From an uncultured Clostridia bacterium (lineage in GTDB: Bacteria; Bacillota; Clostridia; Christensenellales; UBA1242), in assembly GCA_947591785.1 (NCBI GenBank), contig CANQDK010000004.1, positions 12,137 through 76,136 on the forward strand: 64,000 bases of DNA, read 5' to 3'. Made by a program: the position numbers and the translations under genes. The notes under the pieces were generated by a model. It did no database searches. It was not told the DNA's origin and saw nothing but the letters and a program-made list of their open reading frames with translations. This document shows positions 1 to 8,402 of the stretch, one piece after another (position 1 is the stretch's first letter; each line of letters opens with the position of its first letter).

Positions 1-846
1 GAAAATCTAAAAGAAGAGGCAGGGGAAGAATATTTGCTTTCATATCTTTTATCGGAGAAATTTAAGTATTCAAAATATTATTCAAAACTTGAAAAATTTG
101 TTGAGTGTTTCGTCAAACTTCAAAATGATGTGGACACGATTCCTCTTTTTGAGTTTGTTAAGAAGGTTGTTTCTCTTTTTGGAATTGACACTGCTTATGC
201 TGGAAAAGATGAAGAATCAATAGAAAAAATTGCCAATATTGACAGTTTAATTTCTGGCGTAAAAGAATTTTGCGAAGATAATGAAAATTCAACACTTGCT
301 GACTATTTGGCGGAAGTTATGCTCAAAACAGACACTGATCAAATTCAGGAGAATGGTGTTGTCACCCTTTCAACAATACATTCTGTGAAAGGATTGGAGT
401 TTCCTGTTGTTTTTGTTGTTGGCTTGGAAGAAGGAATTTTTCCACTTGCCAGAGCATCACTTTCAAGTGAAGAAATGGAAGAAGAACGCAGACTTATGTA
501 TGTTGCAATCACGCGTGCTGAAGAGAGAATTTTTTTGACATACACAGCAAAACGTTTTGTCTATGGAAAAACAAATCCACAAGCACCGAGCAGGTTCTTG
601 AGAGAACTTGGTATTGTTGACAAAAAGCACACAAAACTCCTCTCAAGTGACAGTGTTCGGAGTGAGAAAGAAGAGTGTTTTGATTCTGGATTTAAAATTG
701 GTGACAAAATTTTTCATAACAGATTTGGAGAAGGAACGATTGTTAATATTTCAGATGATGGGCTTGTTGCTGATATTGATTTTGAAATGTTTGGGAAGAA
801 AAGTTTGATGCTTAACATTGCTAAACTTGAAAAATTGGAGGATTGA
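1..846 (+). CDS. pcrA: ATP-dependent DNA helicase PcrA/UvrD family, C-terminal part (5' end outside window)
   Basis: The frame is open from nt 1, so the track's TTG at 34 is not a real start. UvrD-type motifs are TIHSVKGLEFPVVFVVGLEEGIFP and RRLMYVAITRAEERIFLTY. The stop is TGA at 844-846. Confidence 0.85.
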   Translation, partial: ENLKEEAGEEYLLSYLLSEKFKYSKYYSKLEKFVECFVKLQNDVDTIPLFEFVKKVVSLFGIDTAYAGKDEESIEKIANIDSLISGVKEFCEDNENSTLADYLAEVMLKTDTDQIQENGVVTLSTIHSVKGLEFPVVFVVGLEEGIFPLARASLSSEEMEEERRLMYVAITRAEERIFLTYTAKRFVYGKTNPQAPSRFLRELGIVDKKHTKLLSSDSVRSEKEECFDSGFKIGDKIFHNRFGEGTIVNISDDGLVADIDFEMFGKKSLMLNIAKLEKLED

Positions 847-847
847 C

Positions 848-2836
848 ATGAACATGAAAGATAGCGAAAAAATTAATAAAAAACCACAAGATGAAATGCA
901 AAGGATGAAACAACTTGTTGAAGAAATTTTGATGCATAACAAAAACTATTATGAATTGGACAATCCGACAATTTCTGATAAAGAATGGGATAAATTGTAT
1001 GACGAACTGCTCTCTTTGGAAAAGAAAACAGGGATTGTTTTGCCAAATTCTCCATCACAGCGTGTTGGTGGAGATATGCTTGATAAATTTGTAAAGAAAA
1101 AACATGAAATAAGACTTTATTCCTTGAACAAGGTGAGAACTTTTGCTGATTTGGGAAGCTTTTTTGATGACATGGAAAAAGCTGTCAAAAATCCAACTTT
1201 TGCGGTGGAATATAAATTTGATGGTTTGACAATCGTGACGGAATATATTGATGGAAAGTTTGTTTCGGCAACCACGCGAGGCAATGGCGAAGTTGGTGAA
1301 GATGTCACAGAGCAAGTCCGAACAATCCACAGTGTTCCACTTGAAATTCCTTTCAAACATCATCTTATTGTTCAAGGCGAAGGAATGATGACAAATAAGG
1401 CTTTCAAGCAATACAACAAAACTGCAAGCGAACCACTCAAAAATCCAAGAAATGGTGTTGCTGGAGCAATAAGGAATCTTAACCCAAAAGAAACTGCACG
1501 CAGAAAATTGGATTATTTTTGTTATGGAATCCTTCTTTGCGATGGCAAAAAGTTTACATCGCAGGCTCAAATGCACGACTTTTTGGTGGAAAATGGTTTT
1601 AAAACAGGTGATTTTTTTGAAATTGTGAAAACGCGAGAGGAAGCGGAAAATTTGATTCGTAAGATTGATAAAGTCAAAAACAGTCTTGATGTTATGATTG
1701 ATGGAATGGTTGTCAAACTCAATCAAGTTACTCCTCGAGAAGAAATTGGTTACACAAACAAGTTTCCAAAATGGGCAATGGCATTTAAGTTTGAGGCGGA
1801 AGAAGTTTCAACAATGCTGAATGATGTTGTGTGGCAAGTTGGAAAATCAGGAAAAGTGACTCCTATTGCTGTTCTTGAACCTGTCGAACTTGCTGGTGCA
1901 ACAATCAAAAGAGCAACGCTAAATAATATTGAAGACATAAAGAAAAAGAATGTTTTTTTGAAAAGTAGGGTTTTTATAAGGCGTTCTAATGAGGTTATTC
2001 CTGAAGTGCTTGGGCTTGCTGAAAAATACGATTATTCAAAGGAAATTTTAGAACCAAAAACATGCCCATGTTGTAGGCACAAACTTGTGAAAAAAGGGCC
2101 ACTTCTTTTCTGCACAAATTTCTTTGGTTGTAAAGAGCAGGTTGTTGCACGACTTGTAAACTTTGTCAGCCGTGAAGCCTTCAATATTGAAGGTTTGAGT
2201 GAAATGACATTGAATCAATTTTATGATGATTTGAACCTAAGACATTTTTCTGATATTTTCAAGTTGAAAAAAGAACAACTTATGGGGCTTGAAAAATTTG
2301 CGGACAAAAAAGCAAAGAATTTGCTTGATAGCATTGAAAAAGCAAAAAATATTGAATTTTCTCGCTTTATAAATGCGTTGGGAATAAGCGAAGTTGGGGT
2401 TAAAACTGCTCGTGACTTGGCAAAACATTTTAAGACTCTTGAAAATTTGCGAAAAGCAAAATTTGAAGAAGTTGACGAAATTGGTGATATTGGTGAAGTT
2501 ATTGCACATAATGTCGTTGATTTTTTTGCTGATAAAAACAACCAAAAGGAAATTGACAGCCTGCTTGAAGTTGGTGTTAAGATTGAAGAGGAGATGGGGG
2601 CAAAAACAAGCAAACTTGCTGGGCTGACATTTGTCTTGACAGGAACTTTGCCAAACTATTCAAGAAGTGATATGAGCAAACTTATTGAAGAAAATGGCGG
2701 AAAAACTGCGTCTAGTGTTTCAAAAAACACCTCTTATGTTCTTGCTGGCGAGGAAGCAGGAAGCAAACTTCAAAAAGCGAAAGAACTTGGAATCAAAATT
2801 ATTGACGAAAACGAAATTTTGAAAATGATGAAGTGA
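848..2836 (+). CDS. ligA: NAD-dependent DNA ligase LigA
   Basis: Adenylation motif EYKFDGLT, Cys4 zinc finger (CPCC...C..FFGC), HhH repeats and a C-terminal BRCT domain (LTFVLTGTL). GGAGG at 837-841 lies 6 nt before ATG 848, which I prefer over the TTG at 818. Confidence 0.95.
   Translation: MNMKDSEKINKKPQDEMQRMKQLVEEILMHNKNYYELDNPTISDKEWDKLYDELLSLEKKTGIVLPNSPSQRVGGDMLDKFVKKKHEIRLYSLNKVRTFADLGSFFDDMEKAVKNPTFAVEYKFDGLTIVTEYIDGKFVSATTRGNGEVGEDVTEQVRTIHSVPLEIPFKHHLIVQGEGMMTNKAFKQYNKTASEPLKNPRNGVAGAIRNLNPKETARRKLDYFCYGILLCDGKKFTSQAQMHDFLVENGFKTGDFFEIVKTREEAENLIRKIDKVKNSLDVMIDGMVVKLNQVTPREEIGYTNKFPKWAMAFKFEAEEVSTMLNDVVWQVGKSGKVTPIAVLEPVELAGATIKRATLNNIEDIKKKNVFLKSRVFIRRSNEVIPEVLGLAEKYDYSKEILEPKTCPCCRHKLVKKGPLLFCTNFFGCKEQVVARLVNFVSREAFNIEGLSEMTLNQFYDDLNLRHFSDIFKLKKEQLMGLEKFADKKAKNLLDSIEKAKNIEFSRFINALGISEVGVKTARDLAKHFKTLENLRKAKFEEVDEIGDIGEVIAHNVVDFFADKNNQKEIDSLLEVGVKIEEEMGAKTSKLAGLTFVLTGTLPNYSRSDMSKLIEENGGKTASSVSKNTSYVLAGEEAGSKLQKAKELGIKIIDENEILKMMK
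2690..2836. repeat. Direct repeat copy 1 (functional ligA 3' end), partner at 4966-5115
   Basis: Colinear with 4966-5115. A 36-nt block is exact (2742-2777 = 5019-5054). Confidence 0.85.
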
Positions 2837-2971
2837 ACGCGTGTGCAATTTTGCACTCAATGTTGTTTTGTGGCGTTATTTGTGAAATTTTGTGTAAATT
2901 TTTGTTTGTGGTTGCAAGCAAAAGATTTTGCGTACGGCTGTGATTTTTTTGACTGAAATCAAAAAAGGGGG

Positions 2972-2999
2972 TTGACAAATTCTTCTTCTATGATAAAAT
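2972..2999 (+). promoter_or_regulatory. Sigma-A-type promoter for sigma-like ORF A
   Basis: TTGACA at 2972-2977, a 16-nt spacer, and TGaTAAAAT (extended -10) ending at 2999. Confidence 0.55.
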
Positions 3000-3034
3000 A
3001 TTGATGTATTATGTATATATGAAACATCAGTAGA

Positions 3035-3050
3035 TGTGATAACTATCACA
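3035..3050. promoter_or_regulatory. Perfect TGTGA-N6-TCACA inverted repeat in the ORF A 5' UTR
   Basis: The sequence is TGTGATAACTATCACA. The 7-nt arms are exactly complementary. Confidence 0.4.
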
Positions 3051-3090
3051 AGAACATAGCACAAAAATTGCAAGCACAAAGGAAAAGCAG

Positions 3091-4992
3091 ATGGAAGAGG
3101 AAAAGAAACCAAAAAAGAAGATTGACGAAGAAACCCTGAATGGACTTAAAGAGAGTTATGGTGCTCTTCCAAAGGCTCTTGATGCCGAAAAAAATCGAGA
3201 ATTGCTTGAAAAATATAAAGAAACAGGTGACATTGAAATCCGAAATCAAATTGCGTGCGGCAATCTAAGGTTTGCTGTAAAATATGCATATAAATACTTT
3301 CAAAACGTGGTGTTTAAATGTTATAAAGATCAAGTTGGCGATTTGATACATGACCTCACAATAAGCCTTTTCAAAACGATTGAAAAGTTTGATACTTCAA
3401 AAGAATATACCTTTTTGACTTTTGCCAGCAGTGTTATTCGCAACGATTTGTTGATGAAATTCAGAAAAACAAAATTATTGAAAAACAAAGCAGTGATTGT
3501 TTCTTTTTCTTCGCCAACGCACTCTTATAAAGGTGGCGATGAAATTAGATATGAAGATGTGCTTACTGACGAGAAATTCACAGAAGAAAATTTTGTCACC
3601 AGTGCTGATTTGAAATACATTTTGGAAAAAATCGTTCCGACTCTGCCTGAAAGAGATAGAATACTTTTTACAGAATTTTTTATTGAAGGAAAGTCACGGT
3701 CGGAATGTGCAAAAAGTATCGGTTTAGCAAATGGTTCAATGCCTAAGGCTATCACAGAACTTCGTAAAAAAATTGTTCTCGCCTATGAAAATGGCATTGC
3801 AGGCAAGGAAGGCAGCAAGGGTAAAGCCACCCAAACTTATTCGCAAGGGGCGTCCTCGTTTGAAGAAATGTTGACGCAGCAAGCCAAGCGAGATCAAAAC
3901 ATTTTGAGGGATTATTTTGCAGGCAAACTTACATTGAAGGAAGTTGCAGCAAAATACAATATATCAATAGGGAATGTGAATTATATTGTCAGAGAATTTA
4001 AGTATGATTGTGAACTGCGAAATGTTGAAGTTCCAAAAAGAATGAAACCACAATCAAATTGGGCACGACAACAAGAGCAGCGTGCCCTCAGCAAACAAAA
4101 AACGCAGCAGAGAAACGAAGCTGTTGTGAAGGACTATGTAAATGGACTGCTGATGAGAGAAATTGCTGAAAAACATTCACTGACAGTCGGGAATGTGGGC
4201 TATATTGTTTCAAAGTGGAAGGCAGAACAGAAAAATGAAGGCAAAGAAGCACTTCTGACATCGAAAGTAACACTTGGGAAGAAAGAGCGAAACAAAAATA
4301 TTTTTGCGGACTATATGGCAGGTGAAATGACAACAGATGAGATTGCTGAGAAATATTCCATTTCAAAGGCACTTGTCAGGTATGTTGTCGCAAAGACAAA
4401 GGCTGAACTTACCCAGCGTGGCGAGAATGTTCCACGAAAAAAACGCGTTCAAAAGCTGAAAAATCCGGTTGTTTTGAAGCAGGCCAACCAAATTGAAGCC
4501 GCGATTTCTCTTGACGATGTTCTTGCACTGCTCACGGACAAAAGGAGAAAAATTTTTGAGAGTTATCAAAATGCTGATGGCACAGTGAAAGATGTCGCCA
4601 AAGGGCTTGGAATTTCGCAAGCTTATGTTCTCGATGTTGTCACAGAAGTGAAGAGAAAATGCAAAGAAAAAGGCATTGAAATGCCAAAAATGTCAAGACA
4701 AATTGTCAAAATCGCGGTGCTTAAAGGCTTTGAAGATGGAACTTTGACTTTTGAACAGGTTGACAAGTTTATGGGCAAACTGACTGAAAGTCAGAGACAG
4801 GCACTTTATGATTGGAAAGAGCAAAAAACACAAGAAAGAAAGCAGGAGCAATGTGCGAAAAAAACATCAGAGCCAGACCCTGAAAAAGATGTGACAGATT
4901 CTGACAGGAAAATCAACAAAGCCAAACAAAATGGTGACAAAGATGGGAAAACCGCCGAAAGTGATGAAAATGGTGGAAAAAACTGCGTCTAA
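3091..4992 (+). CDS. Sigma-70-like protein (regions 2 and 4) with a C-terminal array of four HTH-like repeats
   Basis: Region 2-like DLIHDLTISLFKTIEKFDTSKEYTFLTFASSVIRNDL and region 4-like LPERDRILFTEFFIEGKSRSECAKSIGL. Four units follow of the type (D/S)Y-x3-4-(T/L)-x2-E(I/V)A-x-K(Y/H)-x-(I/L)S-x-G/A-x-V-x-Y(I/V)V. The stop codon lies inside the ligA-tail remnant. Confidence 0.8.
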   Translation: MEEEKKPKKKIDEETLNGLKESYGALPKALDAEKNRELLEKYKETGDIEIRNQIACGNLRFAVKYAYKYFQNVVFKCYKDQVGDLIHDLTISLFKTIEKFDTSKEYTFLTFASSVIRNDLLMKFRKTKLLKNKAVIVSFSSPTHSYKGGDEIRYEDVLTDEKFTEENFVTSADLKYILEKIVPTLPERDRILFTEFFIEGKSRSECAKSIGLANGSMPKAITELRKKIVLAYENGIAGKEGSKGKATQTYSQGASSFEEMLTQQAKRDQNILRDYFAGKLTLKEVAAKYNISIGNVNYIVREFKYDCELRNVEVPKRMKPQSNWARQQEQRALSKQKTQQRNEAVVKDYVNGLLMREIAEKHSLTVGNVGYIVSKWKAEQKNEGKEALLTSKVTLGKKERNKNIFADYMAGEMTTDEIAEKYSISKALVRYVVAKTKAELTQRGENVPRKKRVQKLKNPVVLKQANQIEAAISLDDVLALLTDKRRKIFESYQNADGTVKDVAKGLGISQAYVLDVVTEVKRKCKEKGIEMPKMSRQIVKIAVLKGFEDGTLTFEQVDKFMGKLTESQRQALYDWKEQKTQERKQEQCAKKTSEPDPEKDVTDSDRKINKAKQNGDKDGKTAESDENGGKNCV

Positions 4993-5115
4993 TGTTTCAA
5001 AAAATATCTCTAATGTTTTTGCTGGCGAGGAAGCAGGAAGCAAACTTCAAAAAGTGAAAAAAACTTGGCATCAAAATCATTGACGAAAACGAATTTATTG
5101 AAAATGTTAAAATGA
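4966..5115 (+). pseudogene. Decayed duplicate of the ligA 3' end (BRCT tail)
   Basis: Aligns colinearly with 2690-2836. It has two single-A insertions (A6 at 4977-4982 versus A5; A7 at 5057-5063 versus AAAGAA) and many nonsynonymous changes. Confidence 0.85.
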
Positions 5116-5188
5116 TTTTTATGGTTGTTTGTAATGTTATAACCAATAAAAAATTTTTATTTTCTGTCCATAAATTTGAAATTTGATA

Positions 5189-5217
5189 TTGACAAATCCA
5201 ATTATGGTTGTTAGAAT
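5189..5217 (+). promoter_or_regulatory. Sigma-A-type promoter for sigma-like ORF B
   Basis: TTGACA at 5189-5194, a 17-nt spacer, TAGAAT at 5212-5217. A 10-bp inverted repeat (5193-5202 / 5222-5231) brackets it. Confidence 0.6.
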
Positions 5218-5240
5218 AAGGATTGGATTTGTGAGGTATT

Positions 5241-7508
5241 ATGGAAAATTCTGACGAAAAAGTTGGGCTTGATCTTATTTATTGGAATAAGAATTGTAAT
5301 ACAATTCATCTTAATAAAGAAGAAAGATTGGCTCTTTTAAGAGAATACAGAAAGTATGGTGAACCAGCAGTGCGTGAAAAATTGATATACGGTTCTATTG
5401 GGCTTGTTCTTGCTTTTGTTTCACACAATTATGAAGAATTTGGTAGAAAACTAGACAGAATCAATCCAGATTTTGAGGATATTTTTCAAACGGGTTTGGA
5501 AGTTTTATGTGGTGCCGTTGATAGTTTTGATCCTGATGCTTATAATTTTGAATTTTCAACTTATCTTTATCACAGAATTGATTGGAAACTTCGCAGAGAT
5601 GTTTTTCATCATAAAAGCATAATTCCTTTTGTTTCTACTGATGATAAAATAGACGATGATGGGAGATTTTTAGGAGAAATTTTACCAGATTCTAATTTTG
5701 ATATTGAACAATTAATTCAATCTATGGATATGAGTTATCTTAAAGAGAAAGTCATTCCTTTTCTCTCTTCGCAAGAAAAACGCATATTTGAATATTATTT
5801 CTTTGATGAACTTCCATATTCTGAAATTGGGAAAATTTTTGGATTTTCACAAGAAAGAGTTCGTCAACAACTTGACAGTGCAATAAAAAAAGTTACAAAA
5901 ATTTTTCAAGAAGGGCCAACTGAAATAGATAAAATAACTAGGGGCGTTCAGTTAAGGAAATCTGCCATTGAAAGAATTGAAAAAAATCAAAAGCTTTTTG
6001 AAAAATATGGGAGAGCTTTCCTTAAACAACATTTTAGGCCTCTTTTGACTCCAACACAAAAAGATGTTTTTGATAGTTTCTTTTTAAATTATCGTGGGCA
6101 AGAAGTTGCTAGGATGCTTTCCACAGTAAAAGATATTGAGAAAAAACTTGATAAGAAAGGCCCAGAACTTTTAAAGAAAAAAGAAAATGGCGAATTAGCC
6201 GTGAAGAAACCAACTCTAAGGCAACAACAATGTAAAAACAGGATAGAACGCTTGTTGAACCAGTATGGTGGGAGATTGTTCCTGCAAAAGTATTTTGTTC
6301 CTACTCTTGAACCAACCACAAAAAAAGTCTTTGAAAAAGGACTTTTAGAATACGATTTTGATTCTCTTAAGGAAATGGCGAAGCAAACGGGATTGTCACC
6401 AACAAAGTTTAAAGATATTTTGATGGAAAGTGTTGAGCAACTTAAAAATACTGATTTTGAAACTATAGTGAGAGTTGTTGATTTTAAAAATAGTTTTTGG
6501 GGAACAAGAAATATTGATGAAAAGATTGATACTGAACTTATAAGACAAAAATTTGAACTTGTGAAAAAATTTGGTGGAGAAATTGTCCTAAGAAAATATT
6601 TCTGTCCTATGCTCTCAGAAGATGAAAAGAAGGTTTTTGATTGTTTATATTTAAGACAAAATTTCACTTCTTACGAAAATGCTTCAAAAATTCTTGGTAA
6701 AACTGTTGGAGAAATTATTAGCACAGAAAAAGTGGTTTTAAGCAAACTTGAAAACACCAATTTGGAAGAACTTAAAGAAATTGAGAAAAAAGCCAATTTG
6801 TATATTAGTAAAGCATTTTCAACAAGCACTTCGCATGACAAAAATAAAATGAGAAGAAAAATTATATGCAATTATGGTGGAATCCAATTTTTGAGAGAGA
6901 GGTTTATTCCAACAATCTATGCAAAAATTGATAAAGAAATTTTTGAAAAATACATACTTCATGGAGTTCTATCAGATGAATTGAAACATCTTTTCAACAA
7001 TGGATTTGCAAAAAGAACTAATAAAGATGGATATGTTAAAGAGATAAGTGTTTCAGGAAAGATTGGATTCAGAATTAAAAATTATATATTGCCACAACTT
7101 GAAAAGTTTAAAGCCAGTTTTGAAAATTTCGAGCAAACTGTGAAAGAATTCTATATGAAAAAAGGGTTTGAAACAGTTCACTCGGAAGATTTTGAAAAAT
7201 TGACATTTGATGAAATTGCTGAAAAGACTGATGAGAAAAACAAAAAACAGTTTGAAATATTCTCTCCAGAACTTATCCAAAGAGCAGGCGGGGAGAAAGA
7301 AGTGCTTAGAAACTTCAGGCCAACATTGAATTCTGTCACGAAGCAGTTGATTTTATTTAAATCCCTTACAGAAAAAATTAGCGACATTCAAATTGCAAAG
7401 GAACTTGGGCTTACTTCTGATGAATTTAATGAATCAAAGGAAGAAATTGCAGATAAACTTCAAAATTATGTAGAGAAAAAAGAAAAGAAAGAAGGAAAAA
7501 GCAAATAA
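5241..7508 (+). CDS. Sigma-70-like protein with five C-terminal region-4-like repeat modules
   Basis: Region 2-like FEDIFQTGLEVLCGAVDSFDP..FEFSTYLYHRI and region 4-like LSSQEKRIFEYYFFDELPYSEIGKIFGFSQERVRQQL. Five modules follow with the motif (Y/F/A)GG-x3-(F/V)L-x-(K/E/N)-x-F-x-P-x-L-x4-K-x-(V/I)F. Confidence 0.8.
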   Translation: MENSDEKVGLDLIYWNKNCNTIHLNKEERLALLREYRKYGEPAVREKLIYGSIGLVLAFVSHNYEEFGRKLDRINPDFEDIFQTGLEVLCGAVDSFDPDAYNFEFSTYLYHRIDWKLRRDVFHHKSIIPFVSTDDKIDDDGRFLGEILPDSNFDIEQLIQSMDMSYLKEKVIPFLSSQEKRIFEYYFFDELPYSEIGKIFGFSQERVRQQLDSAIKKVTKIFQEGPTEIDKITRGVQLRKSAIERIEKNQKLFEKYGRAFLKQHFRPLLTPTQKDVFDSFFLNYRGQEVARMLSTVKDIEKKLDKKGPELLKKKENGELAVKKPTLRQQQCKNRIERLLNQYGGRLFLQKYFVPTLEPTTKKVFEKGLLEYDFDSLKEMAKQTGLSPTKFKDILMESVEQLKNTDFETIVRVVDFKNSFWGTRNIDEKIDTELIRQKFELVKKFGGEIVLRKYFCPMLSEDEKKVFDCLYLRQNFTSYENASKILGKTVGEIISTEKVVLSKLENTNLEELKEIEKKANLYISKAFSTSTSHDKNKMRRKIICNYGGIQFLRERFIPTIYAKIDKEIFEKYILHGVLSDELKHLFNNGFAKRTNKDGYVKEISVSGKIGFRIKNYILPQLEKFKASFENFEQTVKEFYMKKGFETVHSEDFEKLTFDEIAEKTDEKNKKQFEIFSPELIQRAGGEKEVLRNFRPTLNSVTKQLILFKSLTEKISDIQIAKELGLTSDEFNESKEEIADKLQNYVEKKEKKEGKSK

Positions 7509-7586
7509 AAGTCCAAAATTAATTCAAAATTTCCAATTTAAATTGTAATTTTAAAATTTGTAAAAGTTTTAATAAAGGGACTGGTT

Positions 7587-8402
7587 ATGTCGAGAGGATC
7601 AACAAATGAAAAATATATGTACCTTATTGGAGAATTCCCAGAAGGACTGACAAATCAAGAAAATTCTGAATTGCTTGCTCAATACAAGGTGACAGGCGAC
7701 AGGAAATTGCGTGATAAAATTATCTATGGGAATTTGAGGCTTGCAATTTCTTATTCATGGCAAAAGTTTAATGGACAAATTTATTATCAATATATTAGGA
7801 AAAACGAATATGAAGATTTAATTCAAGATTTGTCGATGATAATCTTAAATGCTGTGGAAAATTTTGATGCATCAAAAAGTTTTGCATTTTCCACTTTTCT
7901 TTGCTCTTGCATTCACAATGATTTTGTAAGAAGAATTAAAAAATCTTCTTGTCTTAAAAATAGTGCAAAGGTTATTTCTTTCTCATCTGTTTTATTTAAA
8001 GATGATAAAGGAAAAGATATAACTCTTGAGCAAGTCATTAAAGATGAAAAGCACACCGAAGATAAGATTCTTGCTTCCGCAGATGTGAAAATTATAATGG
8101 GGAAAATTCTTCCTTTCTTGCCAGAAAGACAACAACTTGTTTTTAAAAAATATTTTATCGAAGGAAAAAAACAAAATGAAATTGCACAAGAAATTGGAGT
8201 TAGTCAAGAGCAAATCAGTCGTGATTTAAGAAAATCAAAAGAGATTGTTGAGTTTATTTACAATAATGGCATAAGGGCTTATGAAATTGCTCAATCGCAA
8301 CCAAAACAAAAAAATATGGAAAAAGATACACAAAAAACTGAAAAAAATAAGCATAGCACTTCAAAAAAAGAAGTCAGCAGAACAAAATGTGCAACAAAAT
8401 GA
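7587..8402 (+). CDS. Sigma-70-like protein, short paralogue of ORF A
   Basis: DLIQDLSMIILNAVENFDASKSFAFSTFLCSCIHNDF and LPERQQLVFKKYFIEGKKQNEIAQEIGVSQEQISRDL. It is colinear with the N-terminal 240 aa of ORF A and has a Lys-rich tail. Confidence 0.8.
   Translation: MSRGSTNEKYMYLIGEFPEGLTNQENSELLAQYKVTGDRKLRDKIIYGNLRLAISYSWQKFNGQIYYQYIRKNEYEDLIQDLSMIILNAVENFDASKSFAFSTFLCSCIHNDFVRRIKKSSCLKNSAKVISFSSVLFKDDKGKDITLEQVIKDEKHTEDKILASADVKIIMGKILPFLPERQQLVFKKYFIEGKKQNEIAQEIGVSQEQISRDLRKSKEIVEFIYNNGIRAYEIAQSQPKQKNMEKDTQKTEKNKHSTSKKEVSRTKCATK

Noticed and set aside
818-847. TTG start for ligA at 818 (also the TTG at 34 for pcrA, and the track starts at 8981, 19298, 28985, 34341, 39714, 39763, 43786, 48350, 49502 and 53783)
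   Set aside because: In each case a downstream ATG sits 5-10 nt after a clear AGGAGG-type SD, or a signal peptide or promoter position argues for the shorter form. For pcrA the frame is simply open to the window edge.
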